Virus record (IMG/VR): IMGVR_UViG_3300030329_004367
Span: 1-51,861 of that record
DNA: 51,861 bases
Reading direction: 5' to 3' (one strand)
DNA from: a virus
Lineage: Duplodnaviria; Caudoviricetes
The translations under genes and the position numbers were made by a program. A model generated the notes under the pieces. It saw only the letters and a program-made list of their open reading frames with translations. It did not search any database and was not told the DNA's origin. Positions 46,036 to 51,861 of this stretch are shown one piece after another. How positions within the stretch are numbered: position 1 is the stretch's first letter; every line of letters begins with the position of its first letter.

Positions 46036-46176
46036 ATGGGAGTTCAGCTATATTCTAGAAAAAGTTATAAAAATAAAGAAGAAAATAAATCTGATGAAAT
46101 AAGACAGATTAACTATAAATTAGACTATATTATTAGTTTAATTAACTCTACACTCAGGAAGAGAGGGGGACAATAG
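46036..46176 (+). CDS. Small protein (46 aa), last gene of the early arm
   Basis: GAGG SD; MGVQLYSRKSYKNKEENK... Confidence 0.45.
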   Translation: MGVQLYSRKSYKNKEENKSDEIRQINYKLDYIISLINSTLRKRGGQ

Positions 46177-46185
46177 TCTCCCTTT
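46162..46185. terminator. Hairpin where the two transcription arms converge
   Basis: AGAGGGGGAC-AATA-GTCTCCCTTT. Confidence 0.55.
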
Positions 46186-46189
46186 ATTC

Positions 46190-49100
46190 CTATCCAAGCC
46201 TATCTAAAGCTTTCATTATAGCTCTAGCATCTGATGGAGATGTAGATTGCTTAATGTTTTTCTTTCTACCACGTTTAGGTTCTGAAAGGCCAAGCTTATT
46301 ATCAGCCCATTTACGCCATTCTTTTTGTTCTTGACTAGCAAACAATCCAAGCTCTAACCATACAGCGTCTTTTAACCCAGCTTTATTCCATACTGGCAAT
46401 GTATAAGCTGTAAATCTTGCTAATTGAGAATTAAACATTGATAGTGTTTTGTAAAGATCTTGTTGTTCATCTTTTTTATAAGCCTTTTTTAAAGATGCTT
46501 CATGAGCAAACTGCACCTCTTCATCTTGTAAAGCGCCCATATTAGTATGTGTCATCCATTCATAAAGACTTAACACAATGCCAACATTTGGACCTAAAAA
46601 ATACGTTCCACCTTGTCCATATGTAGCTTGATCTAATTCTGCAAGTTGCTCTGGATCATTTCTATCTGTTGTAAGCCATTTATATGCAATATCTGCTGTA
46701 TCTAAAACATCATTAGGTGCAAGTTTAGTAAAATTAGTTCTAGCTGCAAGTGTACCTGCAAACATCATGGCTTGCACAAAGGCAAATCTTAAAGGCCTCA
46801 TAAATTCTTCACTTCTAAGATCTCCAGCTTTAAGAGAAATACCAGCTTCTTTCGCCCATTTATACATTAAATTAACCATATTAAACCGATAATGTGCAAA
46901 TTGACCAAGTCCCATTTTTGCTAGACCTAAAGCTTTACTATCTTCACTAGTTGCTTTTATAGCCTTAGCTTTATTCCATTTTGCATACTCAAAATGCAAA
47001 TCTAATGCAGAATTATAAGCCATTTGACCAGCTTGATTTTCTACCCAATTATCTATAACTTTTTGAGTTTCTGAGCCATATTTTGCTTGTAAATCATCAT
47101 AGGTTATTTGATAGTTTTTACCTTTTTTTTCTTTAATCTTATTTATATCTTTTTTTAATATCTCTTGTGCCTTAAAGGTATTAGAAGTTGCCATTAAATT
47201 TTGATGTGCTAAAGAAAATCCAATTCTGAATGTTTTAGATCTATTCCAGTCTTCCACTATTTTATGAAGCTTGCCACCTAAAGCTGCAGCTTTTCCAGTT
47301 ATTCTTGCCACTCTTTCAGCAGGTTTTTCTCCTCCCATTATAGCTAACTCTCCATTAGAATCTACATATAAAGTTTTATTTTTCATATGTGCTTCCTCTA
47401 ATGCACCTCTACTAGCTTGACTTATATTTTCATCTTTACCGGTAAGAGCTTCCCAAGCATTTGACCTTCTTGTTGTTCCATCATACCATTGCAAACCAAA
47501 TCTTTTTAACTGCCTATCTAACTTGGTTCGATTATTTTCTGCACCACCTGCCTGTTTATACCATCTTTGAGCCTGTCCTACAAAAGGAGCAGAAGCTCTC
47601 AATCCAAATTCCACCCATTCATATAATCTTTGTGTTGCATTTCTAGCTGCTGACCTTACATTCCCTCCCATTAATCTAAAATAAGTAAGAGAAGTCATAG
47701 CCCTCATCCACTCAGATACATTTTTATCTGCATTAGGATCTACATGCTGTATTTCGCTATAAACATCAAATAGTAATTGTTTCATATCTTCAGCTGTTTC
47801 TGCTAAATCATCTCTACCTTTCTCTTTAGCAGGCTTTAAATGTTCATTAGTAATAGCGTCAATAGCTTTCTTAAAAGTTCCTTTAACATGAGCTTTATAA
47901 TTAAATACACCTACATCATTTGTATATTTCTTTAAAAAGAAATATGGGTCATTATCATAAATAGGATTTATAATTGGAGATCTATTTTTTGCTACATTAA
48001 TAATTGATTCCCAGCTATCTAATTCTGTTTGTATTTTTTTATCTAATGATAGCTTATTGTCATGAATAGAGTTTTCTAATTTTTTAATAGTATCTAGCAA
48101 TCCAAGGCTATATTGAGACATATAATGTTTTGAAAATTTAACATTTCCTTTATTTGAATATCTATCTCCAGACTTAAAGCCTAATTGTATAAAATCTGAT
48201 TCTGATTGGAGATTTTTATAATCTGTTACTACACCATTCTCGTCTATAGTATGCTGAAATTCCATTGCCTTAATCAATCCATTAATACGTTCAACAGTCC
48301 CATCTACATATTGCAATCTCTTACCTTTGGCTAATTTTTTTATTTGCTGTAATCCTCTAATCATGCTAGTTACACCAGCTTTACGTATAAGATTATAATT
48401 TTGCAACATAGAATTAACTCTAGCCTTTTGAGCGTTATCTAAAAGATTACCATTTAAATCACGTAAAGTATCTATGTCTGCTCCTTGTAGAACAGTATTA
48501 ATTAGCTCAAAAGCTTTCCCTGAGCCTGTATTATAAAATTTAATAAGCTCGCCTCTATTAGCACGTAACTTTAGACTTATCGCATCAATTTTCTTTTTAT
48601 CTGTAGAGGATAACCATAGCTTCCTTAATTGTGTATATTCATCTTGAAGCTTTTTAAGACGCCTTTGTCCACCACTGCTTATACCTCTAATATCTGTATA
48701 TTTGGAGCCCATAGCTAATGTGAAAGCTTGAAACTCTTTTAAAAAGTCATTTGTCTGCCTACTAGTTTCGTTAGTATAATCCCTATAGAATGACGTCTCA
48801 TTTACTAATTCTTTTTCAAATCTCATTAATTCAGGGACATTCTGCATTGCAGCTCTAGGCAAATGCCATTTAGATGCAAAATAACCACGTGGATTAGCTA
48901 TCTGCTGATTATAATAATGCAATCCAGCTTCAAATTTTCTTACATCTTTAAAGTTAACAGGAAATTCTGTTGGATTTAATTTCTTTTTTGTATACTTCTC
49001 CCATAACCATTCAAAAGTTTCAAAATTATTCCATTTAGCATCTTTTACATTATTAAACATATTATTATTCAAGCTAGTCCAATTATCAGCTAAAACTTGC

Positions 49101-49192
49101 ATTCTTTTTTGAACTTCTTTTTTATCTTTAGACGACATCTCTTGTTCACGTTTACGCCTAAATGCATGTAATGCACATGTCCAAATACTCAT
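46190..49192 (-). CDS. Large internal virion (ejection) protein
   Basis: 1000 aa, helical, AGGAG SD, hydrophobic segment FAFVQAMMFAGTLAA; last gene of the late arm. Confidence 0.6.
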   Translation of the reverse strand: MSIWTCALHAFRRKREQEMSSKDKKEVQKRMQVLADNWTSLNNNMFNNVKDAKWNNFETFEWLWEKYTKKKLNPTEFPVNFKDVRKFEAGLHYYNQQIANPRGYFASKWHLPRAAMQNVPELMRFEKELVNETSFYRDYTNETSRQTNDFLKEFQAFTLAMGSKYTDIRGISSGGQRRLKKLQDEYTQLRKLWLSSTDKKKIDAISLKLRANRGELIKFYNTGSGKAFELINTVLQGADIDTLRDLNGNLLDNAQKARVNSMLQNYNLIRKAGVTSMIRGLQQIKKLAKGKRLQYVDGTVERINGLIKAMEFQHTIDENGVVTDYKNLQSESDFIQLGFKSGDRYSNKGNVKFSKHYMSQYSLGLLDTIKKLENSIHDNKLSLDKKIQTELDSWESIINVAKNRSPIINPIYDNDPYFFLKKYTNDVGVFNYKAHVKGTFKKAIDAITNEHLKPAKEKGRDDLAETAEDMKQLLFDVYSEIQHVDPNADKNVSEWMRAMTSLTYFRLMGGNVRSAARNATQRLYEWVEFGLRASAPFVGQAQRWYKQAGGAENNRTKLDRQLKRFGLQWYDGTTRRSNAWEALTGKDENISQASRGALEEAHMKNKTLYVDSNGELAIMGGEKPAERVARITGKAAALGGKLHKIVEDWNRSKTFRIGFSLAHQNLMATSNTFKAQEILKKDINKIKEKKGKNYQITYDDLQAKYGSETQKVIDNWVENQAGQMAYNSALDLHFEYAKWNKAKAIKATSEDSKALGLAKMGLGQFAHYRFNMVNLMYKWAKEAGISLKAGDLRSEEFMRPLRFAFVQAMMFAGTLAARTNFTKLAPNDVLDTADIAYKWLTTDRNDPEQLAELDQATYGQGGTYFLGPNVGIVLSLYEWMTHTNMGALQDEEVQFAHEASLKKAYKKDEQQDLYKTLSMFNSQLARFTAYTLPVWNKAGLKDAVWLELGLFASQEQKEWRKWADNKLGLSEPKRGRKKNIKQSTSPSDARAIMKALDRLG

Positions 49193-49195
49193 TTA

Positions 49196-51861
49196 TTAAT
49201 CTCCTAATCCATAACAATCAAAAATATCTCTAACTCTAGCGCTAGCAGTCTCTCCTTGCCCACCACGTTCACCTAAATCTTTTCTAGAAATAGAATCTGC
49301 TTCATTAATTAACCGCTCTTTAACTCCAAAATCTCTAACTACTCCATCATCATCAGCTATCATTCTTCTATTAGCCCATTGTTCATGATAAGGAATATTC
49401 TTTTTAGCCATTTCTTGAGAAGCCTTATATAGTAATACAGGATCCACAATTCCATCGCCTTGAGCATATTTTACCATTACTTCAGCAGCTGTTCTTGTAA
49501 TTTCATCTCCTGAGTTGACCTTATCATAAATATCTTGATTTAAATATTTATCTTTAGTCATATATCCATCTATACTAGCAGGCTCTGTATGCATTCTAGC
49601 TTTAACTAAATTAAAGTCAATATTAGGATTCTCTGTTTGTATTAAAGCTACAGTTTTTAATTGATTGATATCATCTAACATTTCTTTTGCAAATACAGGA
49701 TCGCCTTTATGTTCTCCAGATTGAATCTTTGCTAATAAAGATAAAACATCCTTACTTAATGCATTTTCACTATACATATAATCATAGACTACATTTTTAC
49801 TAGAATGAGTATTTAATGCACGGACAGATACAACTTTATCTGAAACATAAGGAGTTAACATTTGTAAGATTAAAGCTTTTCTATATGAAACATCTTCCGC
49901 AGTTTTTGGATTATTAAATAAAGCATCATATAAAACTCTTTCTTTTTCTAAAACAAAATCAACTATTCCTTCACGTTGTACACCAACTTTTTGAAGCCTC
50001 ATTACTTCACTTACAATAGCATTATAATCTCTAGTAATGTATTCAAATTCTGATTTTTTAATTCTTCTTACATTGCCATCAGCCTCGATAATACTAGGCA
50101 TACCAGAAAAAGCTTGAAATAAAACTCTTAATCCTTTTTGAACTTCACCATCCCCTATCTCAAACCTTCTTCCATTTTCAATAATTTTATCTGATAAGTT
50201 TATAAATCTATCATTCCTACTACCTACACTTATAACTTCTTTTATATTACCACCTTTATCAACAATGACAACAGGTTTAGTTTGATTATTTACATATCGA
50301 GACGGCTTATGCCCTCTATGTGGAATAGTTCTAGGCTGCTCTATAAAATTATCTTTAAACATATATGAAAGAGATTCTTCCATATCTGATCTAAGCCTTG
50401 AAACTCTTTCTAATCTTTGAGTTAAATTAGTTAATTCTTGACTATCATCTACATCTTTAACAAAGGCTTTTTTTCTTTCTATTTCTAATTTTAAATGGTT
50501 TTCTTGTCTTGCTAAATCATTTAATCGTATAATACCACCTTCATCTTTAACATAATGTTTTAATGCTGTGTTAAGTAATTGATTTCGCTTTTCTTGCAAT
50601 GTTTTACCTACTATTTCATCACCATAGCCATCAGAAATATATTTCATTATCACTTTAGCTTCTGTGCTTTCACCACTCATCATTCCAGCTTGTTTTGTAT
50701 GAGTACTTTTTTCATAAATTTCATGTAATCCTTTCATAGCTATATCAAAAGGATTTCTTGAACTAGTAAAATAATCAGCCATAGCTGTCAAGCCTGTAGA
50801 AATATCAACAGTAGGTTTAATACCAAAATTATCAAATTTATTCATAGCTTGGTGTAGCTCTACATATGCATCATGATAGTTACGTATAGTGGCTTTATTT
50901 TCTATTCCAGAACCGGGATCTTCATATATTCCTTTATTATATCTAAGATATCTATTAATAGGATTAATTAGTCTACGATTGATAGTTTCAACAATATCTC
51001 TATACTTAGGGGCAGTTAAATCTACATCCAACACCTTATTGTCACCCTTCGCTGTACCTTCAGTCCAAATTTCAAATATACCATCTTTCCCAAATAATAC
51101 TTCTGTCTTTCTTAACTGAAGCTCATCTGCGTCTAACTTAGATGGTAATTTTTTATAAACATCAATAAATTTTGTAGCTAATCTAGTAATATTATCTACT
51201 GTATTAGCATATTGACTTGAATCTTTAAGCTTTACTGTTAAAGATTTATCCCTTCCTGTCACGTCTGCCATAGCGAATTTTAAAACTTCAGGATGATCTC
51301 TGAATATATTAGATAAATAAGTAACAGTTTGATGCATTTTAACAAATTGACCTCTAGCTTTATTTACTTCATGCAGTAATTGATCATTAGTAATGTCTGC
51401 ACTTAATAGATCGGGAATGGATCTGGCAAAGCCTTCAACCTGCCTATCTGGAGAAAATAACTCATTAAGTTTACCTTCAACGCTTTCAGGAGTAATCTCT
51501 CCAGCTACCCTAGAAGCTTCTTTCCAAAACAAAGCTGGAGCTGCAACATAGTTAAATGATTTATCCATATCAAAATCAGCATCTTGAGGCTTAATAGCAT
51601 CCATATGATTCATTCTACTAACATTACCAGCTGCCTCATCAACATGTGCTTGACCATCGACTATAGCCATTTTACTAATAACTATATCTCCTATCATATT
51701 TCTAGGTTGCCTGCTATTTAGCATTCCAATACTTAAACCTTCTTGCTGTAATACTAAAGCTGCATCTGCTAAGGTAGTATTTGCAGGAATTAAGCCCATT
51801 CCTTTATTGTGTAATTCTTCAGCTTTTTCAAATGCAACCTTATTAACACTATTCTTCTTAC
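49196..51861 (-). CDS. C-terminal part of a giant two-barrel (beta'-like) RNA polymerase, probably virion-packaged; 5' end lies outside the window
   Basis: Frame is open from 51799 to the right edge; MLNSRQP...QDADFDMDK parallels RpoC LLNRAP...NADFDGD. Confidence 0.8.
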   Translation of the reverse strand, partial: KKNSVNKVAFEKAEELHNKGMGLIPANTTLADAALVLQQEGLSIGMLNSRQPRNMIGDIVISKMAIVDGQAHVDEAAGNVSRMNHMDAIKPQDADFDMDKSFNYVAAPALFWKEASRVAGEITPESVEGKLNELFSPDRQVEGFARSIPDLLSADITNDQLLHEVNKARGQFVKMHQTVTYLSNIFRDHPEVLKFAMADVTGRDKSLTVKLKDSSQYANTVDNITRLATKFIDVYKKLPSKLDADELQLRKTEVLFGKDGIFEIWTEGTAKGDNKVLDVDLTAPKYRDIVETINRRLINPINRYLRYNKGIYEDPGSGIENKATIRNYHDAYVELHQAMNKFDNFGIKPTVDISTGLTAMADYFTSSRNPFDIAMKGLHEIYEKSTHTKQAGMMSGESTEAKVIMKYISDGYGDEIVGKTLQEKRNQLLNTALKHYVKDEGGIIRLNDLARQENHLKLEIERKKAFVKDVDDSQELTNLTQRLERVSRLRSDMEESLSYMFKDNFIEQPRTIPHRGHKPSRYVNNQTKPVVIVDKGGNIKEVISVGSRNDRFINLSDKIIENGRRFEIGDGEVQKGLRVLFQAFSGMPSIIEADGNVRRIKKSEFEYITRDYNAIVSEVMRLQKVGVQREGIVDFVLEKERVLYDALFNNPKTAEDVSYRKALILQMLTPYVSDKVVSVRALNTHSSKNVVYDYMYSENALSKDVLSLLAKIQSGEHKGDPVFAKEMLDDINQLKTVALIQTENPNIDFNLVKARMHTEPASIDGYMTKDKYLNQDIYDKVNSGDEITRTAAEVMVKYAQGDGIVDPVLLYKASQEMAKKNIPYHEQWANRRMIADDDGVVRDFGVKERLINEADSISRKDLGERGGQGETASARVRDIFDCYGLGD

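Noticed and set aside
32073-46176. Integrase/lysogeny module, reverse transcriptase (DGR or retron) or CRISPR array
   Set aside because: No recombinase or reverse-transcriptase motifs and no repeat-spacer pattern were recognised anywhere in the window
1-51861. Stop-codon reassignment as seen in some crAss-like phages
   Set aside because: Long genes are intact under the standard code, TAA, TAG and TGA all end coupled genes, and no suppressor tRNA was seen

Overview
This is nearly the whole genome of a tailed dsDNA phage with a podovirus-type structural gene set and a crAss-like layout. It is AT-rich, uses the standard genetic code and has strong AGGAG Shine-Dalgarno (SD) sites. A minus-strand late arm runs leftward from about 31.85 kb: small terminase, zincin protein, M15 endolysin, large terminase, portal, scaffold, major capsid, adaptor/tail proteins, S74-chaperoned tail fibre, holin-like genes, nozzle and ejection proteins. 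It leaves the window at base 1 inside a giant ORF. A giant minus-strand ORF re-enters at base 51861 carrying a beta'-like RNA polymerase active site (RQP...ADFDMD), most likely a virion-packaged RNA polymerase whose middle is missing. A plus-strand early/replication arm (32.07-46.18 kb) encodes an HNH nuclease, an ERF annealase, an SSB-like protein, an AEP primase-SF4 helicase fusion, DUF932, Nmad1 and an Hjc-like resolvase, but no recognisable DNA polymerase. The most unexplained part is 32.4-34.75 kb. It holds an atypical tRNA-Met among several densely base-paired non-coding elements, including two of about 500 and 400 nt, the second lying directly 5' of the HNH gene. All family calls come from motifs recognised by eye and all RNA stems were paired by hand; no searches or folding programs were run.
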